A stretch of 20,000 bases of DNA from Vezdaea acicularis (lineage: Eukaryota). Shown one piece after another: positions 7,510 to 19,915 of the stretch. Location: contig JAPEUI010000020.1 in NCBI GenBank assembly GCA_026025075.1, forward strand, positions 184,235 to 204,234, in the 5' to 3' direction. Position numbers and translations under genes: made by a program. Under the pieces are notes generated by a model. That model searched no databases, was not told the DNA's origin, and was given only the letters and a program-made list of their open reading frames with translations. Positions within the stretch are counted from its first letter, which is position 1, and each line of letters begins with the position of its first letter.

Positions 7510-10251
7510 TCATTCCTCCAATTCCTCCGGTATATCTGAAATTTTATTCTTGGTTTCATTGGGAGCTTGAGCTTCCTGTCGCCGATACAAGGTCGCTAGA
7601 AAGTCACTTGTACTAGCCTCTTCAATACTCTTGTCTTCTCTCTTCTTAAGAAACCTCGGGAACCTCATGCTTAGGCCTCTATCCTCGCTGATTAACCCAA
7701 TAGCGGCAGTATACACCGGGCTCAGAGTAATGTCTGCAAATGCCATTTCCCATACTTCTTGCGGCTCGAACCACACATCCGGATTACCAGCATATTCTAC
7801 ATAGCTAGGTCTTTCAATGACATTCGGGCCATCCTCTGCGTAGAATTCTTTATTTTCTTTGTAAAATTTGTCGGTGAACCCGCTGATACATTTGCAGACC
7901 GCTTCAAGAGCCCCAGTCTCTGGGTTGCGAGCAGCAAGTAGGATTGGTGACCACCAGGCTGATTTGCGACCTTGTCCGTGCCATCCAGCCACAGGAATTA
8001 AGTCAATTGTGTCAAATGACGAGCTATTATAGTCTTTCTTCACCTTAAGCCAGGAATCAAGGCGTTTATCAGGTTCATACGTTGCAAGGAGCGCTTTTCG
8101 GCGTGTCTTGGGAGGCGTCTTAGTTTGAGTCTCCGCATTTGATTCTTTCGATGTCAGCCTTGACGGTGTGAGGGGGATTGGAAGCGCTGCGTCTCCTAAA
8201 TCTTCCTCGGCCTGGTCTAAGGAGAGATTGGGAAGATTGTCCAATATCTTGACCATTATTCCTTCGCATTTCATATCGATAGCGTTCTTGAGAAACCCTT
8301 GAACCTTTTCTGTTTCTGCCGATGTCGCGTCAACGGAATTTACCCAAGTGAAGCGCCGCGGAACTTCGGTGAAAAGACTTCGCAGCAGTTCTCGTCGCTC
8401 GCGGAAGGTACGGTCAAGTAGCTCCTCTCCGTTAAGATACATAAGATCGAAGGCGAAGAAGCAAACGTCAACTTTGACATCCGTTATCACTATGTCTTTC
8501 CGGCCTCGCCCTGCTAAGGTCTGAAATGTCTTGAGCTCACCCGTCTCTTGGTCTGTTGCAACAATTTCGCCCTCCATAATAAAGCTCTTAACGCCGTCTC
8601 CACGAATCTTCGGGACAAGTGCTACGAGGTCTGGGTATTTATCGGTCATTAATTCAAGATGTCTTGAGAAGATAGAAACTTTGCCGTTCTCATCGCAATG
8701 AATCTGACCACGTTGCCCGTCATACTTGTACTCGCAGCTAAAATCTCGACCTTGCAATTTCGTGAGCATCTCCCCAAGGTCTCTGGTTATGCTACCTAGC
8801 ATAGGCCTAAGGGGAATATGTAGAGCCAGTCCGCAACGGATGAGTAATTCCTCCGTAGGGCCTGTTTCTAATAGGCATGGAACTAGATCATTATAATTAG
8901 GACGACGAGCAAAACAAGCTTTGACTATCTCCTCTGCCTTAGAGTACATCTCCTGAAGGGATTCCTTTTTTAGAGATGCCAGCTTGGAGGAAGAGTGTAC
9001 AGGAAAGTCTGCTTGCGGTGGACGAGAAAAGAGAAAAGCGCGTGATAATGAGATTAGCATGGTGGTCTTCACTGCCCCTATTCTCAACTAAGGAGCTTTT
9101 AGCCTAAATAAATCGGCGTCGTGGAGAATCGACTTACATGCTGAACGAGCGTTCTAACAATGTATCTACTCTCCTCGGCACCTCTTGCATCTTGAATCAA
9201 TTTCTCGACGATACCCTGCTTGAAGTCCTGGCTTTTGTTACCCCTACTGTTGGCAATTCTGACGAGGCTCTTGTAGACCCCTTTTATTGTGAGAGGCTTC
9301 GGCCTTCTCAGTGTGAAGCTTTGGCGCTTTTTCGCCTCAAACGCTACGTCCCCAGCATCTCCATATTTGTTGTAAAGGGTCTTCAGTCCCTGGCTGTCCA
9401 GGCCGCATACTTTCTTGAGGGCTTTCGATAACGCCGAGCCGCCCAGCCCAAGCTCAAGGGAAATGTAGGGGGGTGAAATAGAATTAGTAGCCAGCCACAC
9501 CTAAGGAACGATTAACAGTAGATTGATTGCTACAAGTGATTGGTCTTACTGCAGGCAACAAGCTATCAGGGTCTGCCTCTATGATGATGCGCAGAAGGTT
9601 GACCAGTGTATCTACAATCTTGATTCTACTCTGAGTACTATTGACAAGCACGAAACACCTTGTCAGAAGAGCATAAGAGGCGTCTCCGCTCTCTGTCTCC
9701 CAATGCTTCTGCAGATCTTTCACGTACTTTGACGGATCGAAAGCAAAGGGACTCTCATCAAACGGTATAGAAGATGCAACAGAATCCTCTGCGGCACCAT
9801 TAGACTGGAGAGAAAGTGTTTTCGTCGTCGGTGGTCCCAATGCGACAGCTGCGTCCCTCCAAGAGTCCGTTACCGCAACATCGGTAGACTCCTTTGCGGT
9901 CTCTCCAAGCCGACTTTGATCTGCAGCATGTGCTTCTCCTTCGGATCGGGGTTGAAGCTCATTCACTGCCAAAGTTTGGCTGAGCTTAGGTTGATCGGAT
10001 TCCTTATTCCAATCGTCCTGTAACTTTTGGGCTAATTGCTCATCCGTAAGACTGCCATCCTTCTCGAATTCTGTAAGCGATTCCAGGCTACGAAGAAGCT
10101 CGGCGGAGTCTTTATGGCCTGATACTATCCCTCCTTCTGTTTTGGAATTGTTGTCCCTTTTTTGCTTGCCAAAAAAGTAGTCCAAGCTCCGGACTTTCTG
10201 TGGCGACGCGACATGACTATTCGTCTTTCGCTTTTTAGCAGGGCTTGCCAT
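7510..10251 (-). CDS. adl1: ATP-dependent DNA ligase I family, Cdc9/LIG1 paralog of the S. pombe Adl1 ('DNA ligase 3') type (~880 aa)
   Basis: complement(join(7510..9087,9138..9500,9550..10251)), introns of 50 and 49 nt (GTAAGT/GTAAGA..TAG). Adenylation motif CEYKYDGQRGQIH, EGEIV, FAFDLMYLNG, CEGIMVK, WLKVKKDY, RFPRF. KYDGQR (rather than KYDGER) and the insertion after EGIMVK point to the Adl1 paralog; the paralog call is less certain than the family call. Confidence 0.92.
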
Positions 10252-10489
10252 TACGGAAGGGAGTGGTGGAGAGAGATATTAGAGGCTGTGGTCCAGCCGG
10301 TAAACTTATTGAATAGCATCTGGGGAAGCTTGTTAATAAGAGGCGTTACCGGAATATGCATTGAACTGTCTCGTCATCGAAGTAACAGGGATTCGTGCTG
10401 CCGCGCTAAAACATCCCTGCAAGAGCTTAATTTTGCATTAGACCACTTATGGATTGCACGATTCGATTTAGAAACGCGAAGTTGCAAAG
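10252..10489. promoter_or_regulatory. Compact divergent promoter shared by the ligase and RINT-1/TIP20 genes
   Basis: Only 238 bp between head-to-head ATGs; MCB-like ACGCGA at 10474-10479. Confidence 0.55.
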
Positions 10490-13337
10490 ATGCCCGATTT
10501 TGCAACAACTGATGGTCCGCAGAGGCTCTTAGATGAGGAACGTGATGGGAGGGTCGAAGACTATCTTAACGACAAGCTACAGACAGACGCTGATCTGCAG
10601 AACCTCAATTCCCTTCTCGTAGGCATCAAGAAGCAGCACGAGCTGCTTAGGAAACAGGTCGGTCAGCTTGACTTCCAGAGGTTAAAATTATATACATAGC
10701 TGAACCTATAAAAAGCTTCAGGATGCAGAGGCGGATGTTGCTAAGGCACAGAGGACTTCTCAGAATCGTGCCTCTGCTACGTTGCAGCGAGCGAAAGATT
10801 TCCAGCAGAAGCAGGCTGATATTGATCGACGACTACTCGTCGTGACAAATTCAGAAACAAGTGATGAAGCAGTTACAAAATTTCGGCCAGTCATGGAAAG
10901 ACTGCATACGATAGAGGTCACCACCAAGTACGTTCAGCTACTTCAGGAAGTCGACGACCTTAGGTACGAACTCTGCAGCTATCGATCATCTCACTGGTTG
11001 ACGCGGCAGCAGTGCCCAAGCTCGTCAATTAATCAAAAAATCTCCCACAGCTGCCTTGAAACCATACGCTCGATTGAAAACCTTGAGTTCCACTCTGCAG
11101 GAGCTACAGCCTGCTGCAGAAGGCGCAGCACCGCATCTTATCAATCATGTACAGGAAGCTTCCGCTTCCTTATGGCTTCAGATGAAGAATATTCTGGGAA
11201 CAGAATTACAGAGCACTTTGGATTCCATCAATTGGCCAAAGAAAGGCATTGAGATGACCACGGAACAAGAAAATAATTGGAGAGAGTGTGTCCAAAAGCT
11301 TCTCGAGCTACAAGCACCGTGCGTATAGATGAGATTAGGGCAATCCAGCACTTTACTAACTGTCTAAAAAGGGAGCTCCTAGCACACAAAAGTGAGGCCA
11401 ATACACGATCGGCACCAGAGCCATTGGTCTTACTTCCTCTTGAGGTCATGGTGAAACCTCTGGAGTTAGGGTTTAAGTATCATTTTGATGGAGATCGGCC
11501 AACCAACCGACCGGACAAGGTGAATGGTGGTAAAACCTCTGACTATTGTTGGTCTAACGTTTATAGCCCGAATACTTTCTCACAGACATTTTCCGAATTC
11601 TTGATTCATATGACAGCTTTTTTGCCAGATACCTACAGCCTATACTCAATGAGCAATTTATTGAACGGCCTCTTCTGCTGAACTCTGCTTACACTGACTC
11701 AACATCGGCTCTAATCACAGCTCTTCTTCCTATGCTTCGCCGCAAGATATTATCCTTTCTGCCGCAAATCTCCAAACAACCTCACTTGTTGAGCCATTTC
11801 GTACATGAGTTAATCAATTTCGACACCAACCTTCGAGACGATTGGGGCTACGATGGTGGGCAGGAAGGTGAGGAATGGAAAGGTTTGACCTGGGAGGTTC
11901 TGGTAACACAGGACTGGTTCGGGAGATGGTTACAAGTGGAGAAAGAATGTTTGTCTTGACCCAGGACGGGAAGAGAGCCCAGACCAATCTTACTAACAAA
12001 CCTTGCAATAGTTGCACTCTCGAGATATCAAAGCATTATTGAGTCGCAAGACAGTGGAGAGCTTGATTACGATAGTGTAGAGCAGAGTAGTACGAAACCG
12101 ACGAAGGCTGCTGTTAGAGTAAATGATTTACTTGAAACGATAACAGGTAGCTATTAAATGAGTGGTAACTTGGCTTTTGCTGATTTGGTCTCAGATCGCT
12201 ATCGGCCGCTTGCTTCATTTTCACAGAAATTGAGGTTTCTGATTGATATTCAAATCTCTATTTTTGACAAATTCCACGCTCGCCTCCAATCTGCTCTAGA
12301 AGCGTATTTAGCAGCGACTTCCGCTGTAGTTAGAGCTGTGCAGGGGGTCAGCAAGGAAGAAAGAGCAAGTGTAGAAGGATTAGGGGGGTTAGAAAGACTA
12401 TGTCGTATATATGGGAGCGCTGAGTATCTCGAAAAGGCGATGAGAGATTGGAGCGATGACGTTGTACGTGGCTGTTCTTGCTAATGGCCCTCAAGAGACT
12501 AATAATCTCACCTACAGTTTTTCCTTGAGCTTTGGGACGAGCTGCAGGATCGAGCGAAGAAAAGGACGAGTGGGGCTTTTGCAGGTCCAATGAGTATTGA
12601 GGATGTGGCAGGCCATACATCTAGCGCTGTCGGGAACAGGAACGATGAAGGTGCCCTATTTGACGAGACAGCCATGGCGTATAAAAAACTAAGAACCAGA
12701 ACGGAAGAGATCATAAATGAGATGTTGATCGGAAGCTTAAAAGAATCACTTAGGTCATATTCAAGAGTGTGAGTTGACCACCCGAGTCTTAAGCTACGGC
12801 TCTAGCTAACCGCTGCATTCTTTAAGTAATACTTGGTCTTCGCTGAACTCTGATGTATCGAGTCCCTCCGTAAGTTCTGAGCTTGAAGGATGTCTTGATT
12901 TACTCAATGGCTACCTATCATTTTTACACAAAACACTCAACCAAGGCTCTCTTCGCCGGATTGTGCGCCAATTAGCGCTCTCCTTACAAACTTATTACTG
13001 GGATAACATATTACACCGCAACATGTTTTCAACCAGTGGAGCGAGGCAAATTGAACGAGACTTGGCCGCTATATGGGCTGTCATGGACAGATATCTTGGA
13101 CAGGATCAAGGAATGGCTGGGATGATGAGGATAGCAGAGGCTTCCTCTATATTATCTTTACCCTCAAGAGAAACTTCTAATACTGAAGAAGGCATATCAA
13201 GCCTAGAACATGTAAGCCAGGCGGTCTTTGCAAACAATGAACAAGCGAGGGACATGCTTGAGCAATTAGGAATCTCAATCCTAACAGAGTCTGAAACAAG
13301 GGGAATTTTGGAGCGCCGAGTAGAGCTCAGTCAATAA
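10490..13337 (+). CDS. TIP20: RINT-1/Tip20 family protein, Dsl1/NRZ ER-Golgi tethering complex subunit (~805 aa)
   Basis: join(10490..10657,10716..10963,11013..11318,11372..11519,11567..11948,12012..12146,12195..12463,12518..12768,12827..13337), frame continuous (2418 nt). Motifs RVEDYLNDKLQT, FKYHFDGDRPTNRPDKPEYFL, LLSHFVHELINFD, DWSDDVFFLEL, FSTSGARQIERDL. Confidence 0.9.
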
Positions 13338-13633
13338 ATGAGAAACCGAGGCTTCTTGCGAATATTGAATGTGTTTTATTGACATTGTGGTCGAGAATTG
13401 GGACAACATTAAGGGTAAAGTAAGGCGGATATCCGGGCACTCGCACGTTATCCCGCGCCTTTTTCGTGTCATCACACACAGCTCAATCCATCGACCAAGC
13501 ACTCATTGACAAAGCTATACAAAGCCCATTGTCCCTGTAGAAAATTCCGATATAAGCTCCAAAGTTTTTATTATTGCCGCCGTGCTTGGATATTTGCGAC
13601 TTCCATATTTAATAACGTGCGTCAAAGGTCGTT

Positions 13634-14732
13634 ATGGCAGCGGCGGAGGGGCAGACCGACAAGGTAACAGCTCAGTCAACGGGTGGTTCAAGCCGAGTAT
13701 TGAAGGACCTATTCGCTGGAGCTGCAGGCGGTGTAGCACAGGTACTTCTTGGTAATTGCATTCGAGCAAGAATAAATGGCTTTTAGTGCCATAGCGCTAA
13801 TATAATATCTTCATATAGGTCAACCCTTTGGTGAGCTCTGAATGGCTGTTCGCTGCCATTGAATCGCCAGAGATTGACTCAGGCTAGATATCGTCAAAGT
13901 GAGGTTACAAACATCTACAAATCATAAAAATGCCCTTAGCTGCGCAACTCAGATATACAGGAATGAGGGTGCATTGGCGTTCTACAAAGTACATTCTGAC
14001 TGCCCTTACCAACATACATGCAGCTAACCCACTCAGGGCACACTTACTCCCTTAATTGGCATTGGTGCCTGCGTTTCCATCCAATTCGGTAGCTTCCACT
14101 ATGCACGACGCTTCTTTGAGTCTCAGAATCTTGCTTCCCGCCGCCCTGCCGCTCTATCCTACTCGCAACTCTATCTTTCTGGCGCGTTCGCTGGCGTGAC
14201 CAACTCCGTCATCTCCGGCCCAATCGAGCATGTGCGGATCAGACTCCAAACACAACCACACGGCGCTGGTCGCCTCTACAGTGGTCCTCTAGACTGCGTG
14301 CGCAAACTCTCGGCGCATGAAGGTGTCCTACGTGGTCTATACCGCGGAGAAGCTGTTACAATTCTCAGGGAGGCACAGGCATATGGAGTATGGTTCCTGA
14401 CATTCGAATACCTCATGCGTAATGATGTTGTGCGGAATAAGGTCAAGAGGGAAGACATCCCAAGCTGGAAGGTGGCGGCATACGGGGGTCTTGCAGGAGA
14501 GGCTCTATGGATCTCGAGCTACCCATTTGATGTTGTAAAGAGCAAGATGCAGAGCGATGGGTTTGGGCCCGACATGCGATACAAGTCTATGAGAGATTGC
14601 TTTGCGCAGACATTCAAGAAAGAAGGCGTGCTGGGTTTTTGGAAGGGTATCGGCCCAACCTTACTTAGAGCCATGCCAGTATCGGCGGGCACGTTTGCTG
14701 TAGTAGAGCTGACGATGCGTGCATTAGCGTAA
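13634..14732 (+). CDS. YMC1: Mitochondrial carrier family (SLC25) protein, Ymc1/Ymc2-like (~308 aa)
   Basis: join(13634..13751,13819..13830,13888..13988,14037..14732). Three carrier repeats with PX[DE]XX[KR]X[RK] signatures: QPFDIVKVRLQ, GPIEHVRIRLQ, YPFDVVKSKMQ; FYKGTLTPLIGIGACVSIQF is typical of Ymc1-type carriers. Confidence 0.9.
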
Positions 14733-14851
14733 ATAGAGTGGGCTGATGGCGGTATTCTCCAAATCTTTCATGCATATCAATGGCGTTGTAACGAATACCT
14801 AGCCCATAGAGCATTGAAGATAGTTACCTAAAATTCCGAAGCTTTAAAGCT

Positions 14852-15091
14852 ATGATAGGCTTTCTCGCCGTCCCGCTAGAACTTCGCTTCATAATCTACA
14901 GCCTCGTCTTCCTCCCACTTAGGCGTATCGCCATATTTCCTTGCCATGGCGGTTCACATTCCGGAGGTAAAAGGTGCTGCAATGGCCGCTCGGAATACAG
15001 TTTCATTTGCTGCTATCGGCAGGTTTACTTAGTAAACTGCCCACTCAACTGTCTAGGTAACACGCCTTCTTCCAAAGCTTTTCCTAGATAG
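14852..15091 (+). pseudogene. Truncated fungal F-box-like ORF (79 aa), remnant or microprotein
   Basis: N-terminus GFLAVPLELRFIIYSLVF fits the fungal F-box-like FLxLPxELRxxIYxxx motif, and SFICCYRQVYLVNCPLNCLGNT echoes the usual downstream LLxxCRQIYxExxPxLYxxNT segment. It stops early, ~100 bp from the convergent MRP4 stop. Confidence 0.45.
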
Positions 15092-15192
15092 AGGTAGAAC
15101 AGGTTGGAGTCTTCATTGTACAGCAAGATAAGATTATATAAATACACTGCATGCCTATGCACCTCCCCTGATTTTTGTCCATTACCATACAT

Positions 15193-16432
15193 CTATAATT
15201 TCTCTGCCACTGACGGCAGAATATTAGTGTCCTTGCTTTCGGCATCATCGGTATCCTCTTCGTCTAAGGTGTCAAGTGAATCGGGATGCTTTAAATCCTT
15301 CGATGGGGAGAATGTAATGATTCCGTTCTTTGCGGCTTCAAGCCGCTTATTTCGGCCATCTTCGGCAGCTTTGCTGAGGGCGCCCGCTATGACTTGAACG
15401 CATCGAAGACTAGAGGAGATGAGTGTTTGTTTGTCATTGTGGTGGTCATCCGTTTTGGAGCTTACCTATCGTCATTGGCGGGGATTGGATACGTCACCCA
15501 TGTAGGGTTTGCATCTGTATCTATAATGCCAATAGTCGGAATACCATTTGTCCCGCATTCATGAAGCAAAACGTAATTTTCCAAAGGGTTTAAGCAGACA
15601 ACTAGGTCTGGTTTCAGCGCGGCTCGTTCTTTTAATTGCGGTTTGTACTCTGGCATCTCTTGATCATTTTGATCTACCACCTTGGTCCTTAATCTCCCTA
15701 AGATTTGCTGTCTATTGGTAATTGTTCCAGATATCCAACGCTGGAAAAGATGGCAAGCACCAGCGCGCTTCGCTGCCGCCACCACTATCGTATCTTGTCC
15801 TGGCCGGTTCCCAACGAAGAGTATTATCCCAGCGCGATAAGCCACTGACTCAATAACTTTACACGCTCTCCGCAAATGTGCGGCAGTCGCTTCCAATGAT
15901 ATGACATATATACCTTGCCGGACGCCAAAAATATATTGGGAGTTGGCAGGATTCCATAAGCCTGTTGCATGACCGAGATGCGCTTGTGAGGCAAGCAGAA
16001 GCTCTAATGTAATTTGGGAAGGGGATGGTGGGTCATGTAAGAGGGTATGGGGCTTGTAAACATTGGTGATCGAGGTTCCGAGGTGATCTGTCTGTGTCTC
16101 TGCGAAGAGTTAGAAGAGGCTCTACGCATAGGGTTGGAATAAAGCCATACTATGTTCCAGTCTGTTTAAGTACCCAATCACCTGCGAATCAGGTTTGGGA
16201 GGAGCTGGGTAGAGGGAAGAGAGCGGTCCATCCTCGGAATCAAATGCTGAGACGTCTTCACTGGCAGTCCCTTGTGGCCCCGATGCGGTCGCTAGTCGGC
16301 GCAGTGTTTGCCGAGATTGTAGGGAAGGTAAACCTCTTAGACCTGTCATAGATAGTCAGCGTCTTGCAAGTTCATCAATTCGGGATTGGGACACCTACTC
16401 TGCCGCGAGATGGCTTGTCGTACTATCATCAT
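15193..16432 (-). CDS. MRP4: Mitochondrial 37S ribosomal protein uS2m (~358 aa)
   Basis: complement(join(15193..15409,15466..16099,16151..16342,16399..16432)), frame continuous (1077 nt). Arg-rich targeting peptide; uS2 motifs LLASQAHLGHATGLWNP, RWISGTITN, KPDLVVCLNP, IPTIGIIDTDANP, YPIPANDDSLR. Confidence 0.93.
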
Positions 16433-17066
16433 GGCATATAGGAATGTAGCTTGATTTAGCTTCTCCCCAGATGTTCGGACGGATTTTCATGAGAGCTAAG
16501 CGAGAGCTTAGTGGAAAGCTCGAAGCGAGCGTCATTCACGTCCAGGGATCCGCGGCGGCATCAAACTCTAAAGTGCCCACCTTCCGCGACAATCCCGACA
16601 CTTCCTCAGTCCAAGCTGCGACCTTATCCACAGGAGCGGCAGTTTTGAGCAGCTTGACGGAGGCTTCCATCGGTCCATAAATAACCGAAGGCTTACACGA
16701 AAACAATCAATGAGCTTCCGCAGCCTACGATTCACCCAGCTTTATTAGAAGTGGGGAGCTTCGTCTATCTGGTCCGAACCACCATCACCTACTCGAAAGA
16801 AAAAGCCTCGGGCAGACCAAGCGCGCGCAGGGAAATATCAGACCTATGCGACCGATCACCTGTTCTTGGTCCATCCTGAGGGAGTAACAGAAACTTTGGC
16901 GAGGGCGAAGCACGCCGCTTCTACCTACAATTACCTCAAGCCGGGGAGTGTAGCACAGGCGATCCACTTCTAGATAAACCCAACGCTGCACACGACGCCA
17001 TCCACTCGAGTTTCTTACTTGCCCATAACCACAAGGAGCTCTCATCGATAAGTTCTCATCTCAGTA

Positions 17067-18810
17067 ATGGCTGATCGTACGCCCTCAATGGAGCGAAAGT
17101 CTCCCACACCTTCGCGAGAAAGCATAAGCCCTTCGATATCAAGGGAGACGCCTCCAAACCTCAAGCTTAGCGGAAGTATGGGAAGCGTCGGGTCTCTAAA
17201 CCATCGCCAAAGCTTCACTGAACAGCTACGAGGTCATCCAGGCTCCCCACGTGCCCAGCGGCAACCATCACTCAGTCAGGCAGCCGTCCAGGAGCTACTC
17301 AATAATCCGCCTGCAGCTAACGCGGGAGACCCGGCTTTCGTAGGAAGGGATTGGAAAGATATTCGAGTTGGAGAGCTTGTCCGGTCGGACGATGTCCGGT
17401 CTGTTAGTCCAGAGACTGGTGTGGAAGCTGCGACCAAAGTTAGTGCCTCAATGGTGAACACTTTTTGAGACCGTGCCTGACGCCCATTCATTAGCTCCTT
17501 ATCGACAGCGGCGCTCCTGTTGTGCTAATACGGGATATGTCTAGAGGCGGAGCAGTTGTTGGCACTTTTGACTACAGCGATCTCAATGCATACTTACTTT
17601 TGGTTGTTGGTGTAGCCGAACCTGAAGAAGGGAATATCACCTCTTTTCTAGAGTTAGCCCGGAAGGCTCGACAAGGCTCAACTATTCCAATTAAAGACGT
17701 CAAAGATCTAGGGAAAAAGGAGCCATTCGTTCATTTGCCACATACCGCAAATCTAACGAAAGCAGTCGAAATCTTTGGGAGTGGCGTTCATCGAATCATA
17801 GTCTTCAAAGATGGTACAAATGAGATCAAAGGCATTCTAAGCCAACTTCGGCTTGTCAAATTTCTCTGGGAAAATGGGAAAAGTTTCCCTGTCATCGATA
17901 AGCTCTACCCACAATACCTTAAAGCGCTGGATATTGGATCACATCAGGTTATCGCCATCAAGTAAGACTTACAATCTTCGCTCATTGGTGACTGAGAAAA
18001 GTTGACACAAACTAGTGGTGATCAGCCGTTAGCTGCTGCTCTAGAATTACTTAATAACGAAGGGGTAACATCCCTTGCCGTTGTTGATAATAATCTCAAT
18101 GTCGTGGGCAACATATCAACAGTCGACGTCAAAGTAGGGTACCTCATCAGGAAACCTTCGAGCAATGGCTAACCTATTCTGAATCTTAAGCATTTGACAT
18201 CATCTAGCAAGCTTCCGCTTCTTCAGTCTTCGTGTATCCACTTCATTGGTGTTATACTATCAAGTCGTGGCATGAACGATGGCAAAGATTCAGTCCCAGT
18301 TTTCCATGTAAACCCGTTCTCGACGCTTGCTCATACTGTAGCAAAGCTAGTTGCAACCAGATCGCAAAGGTTCGCAAGCATCCCTCAAATGTACTTGCAC
18401 TTCAGACTGACTTGGCATTTCTTAGAATGTGGGTTGTGGATGCTCCGTCACCAACAGCGAGTGCACCTCCAACGCCTGTATCCCAGCCGGCTGTGATGGT
18501 ACCTCCACCTGGAACTCTCAGTTCGTCCACAACACCCATCACGCCTGGTTTTCCGTCGTCTCCAACACCGTCTCATACTCACTTCCCCTCCATATCAGCC
18601 TCAGCCCTACCAGGGACTAATATGTCTGGTCGGCTAAATGGAGTCATCTCACTAACCGATATTCTAAACTTGTTTGCTCGTCATTCTGGTCTTAAGCCCT
18701 TGGATCCAAACGAAACAAGACGGCAAAGGAGAAGGAGTAGCTCGAGCAGTATCAGAGGTCGGCCGAGCATGGATAGTGGCAGAAGCTCAAGTGTCGATAT
18801 GCGCCGCTGA
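17067..18810 (+). CDS. SDS23: CBS-domain protein Sds23/Moc1 (~506 aa)
   Basis: join(17067..17438,17495..17961,18016..18133,18191..18369,18426..18810), frame continuous (1521 nt). Motifs [90 protein letters not shown]. Confidence 0.92.
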
Positions 18811-19915
18811 CTCAGATACATGTTCTTCCTTATCAGAGAGGTTGCAGATAGCGAATGCAGGATGGGGGAAGCAGGTACCCGAATCCATCTTTGCCTCTCT
18901 TCGCGCTGCAAGTGTATTAAGCCTTTTGCACCCTCACTGTTTGCAATGGATCTTTGTTTACACACAGCGGTTAGCGAAAAGTTCACGTCCTGGAGGAACA
19001 TGCCCTATAGGACACTGCAGTGCTCAGGTCAAGCCTCAATGGAACCTTTGCGTCTATGTCAGATTGGGCTTTGGCTTCACGTTACAACTCCACCATTTTT
19101 CAGTTGTTTCACCTGCTCTTAGGAGACGATTTGCAAAAGCGGATGCTTAATAGGCTTACGGGAGTGGCGGATGAATTTTGCTACTTCTTGCTGACAGGTC
19201 ATGATTCCGAAGTATTAGACCTTAGACTGCTCTACTTCTGGACCCAATCAATTATATCGTCCAACTCCTTTTGTGCCAAAGAATGAGTGTTGGATTTCGT
19301 ACGGTCGTGACTTACAGGCGCGTCTGTAGAGATCCTTTGATATCATTTGTTTCACTTGCGCTATTCGCGCCCGGCTATTTTTGACCATGACGTTGTCGCA
19401 TTCACCAATATGCCGTGAGGGGCTCAAAAATGGCCCGTTTGGTTTGGAGGCGATGAATGGCTGATTAAAGTATATTACTAGGCTCATAATCGTTCCGACG
19501 GAGTTGTTCTTTCTTTCTCTATTTTATTCCTATCTGCTTACTATATCGGGGGCGACGCCTCCCAACTGTTTCATAGCGCAAGGTCCAACCTGCGGTCCCT
19601 CCTTCCGCCAGGTATACGAAGCGGCCAACCATCCTACATACTTTCTCCTCGTTCACATCGTTACAAATAGCTTCACGTACTCTTAAGAAGTGGTTACTTC
19701 AATAGCCGCGTTGCTGTGCCTCCTTCGGCTCTCTCTAATATCAACCTCGGCCGCGGCGTTGTGTTTTGCGAGCATCTGATTCCTCTGCCCCCCCCCCACA
19801 CTACTTTTCCCATACGTCCATTCTGCCTGCAGCCTAGGCAGCAAACGTGGCTACAACTACCCTGTATCGCCGAGCCGAATTGCGCGGGCGCAAAGCTCTA
19901 GAAAAGCTACGGACA

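Noticed and set aside
18811..19900. Short ORFs downstream of SDS23
   Set aside because: Overlapping, motif-free and mostly non-ATG starts; consistent with 3' UTR and the next gene's promoter.
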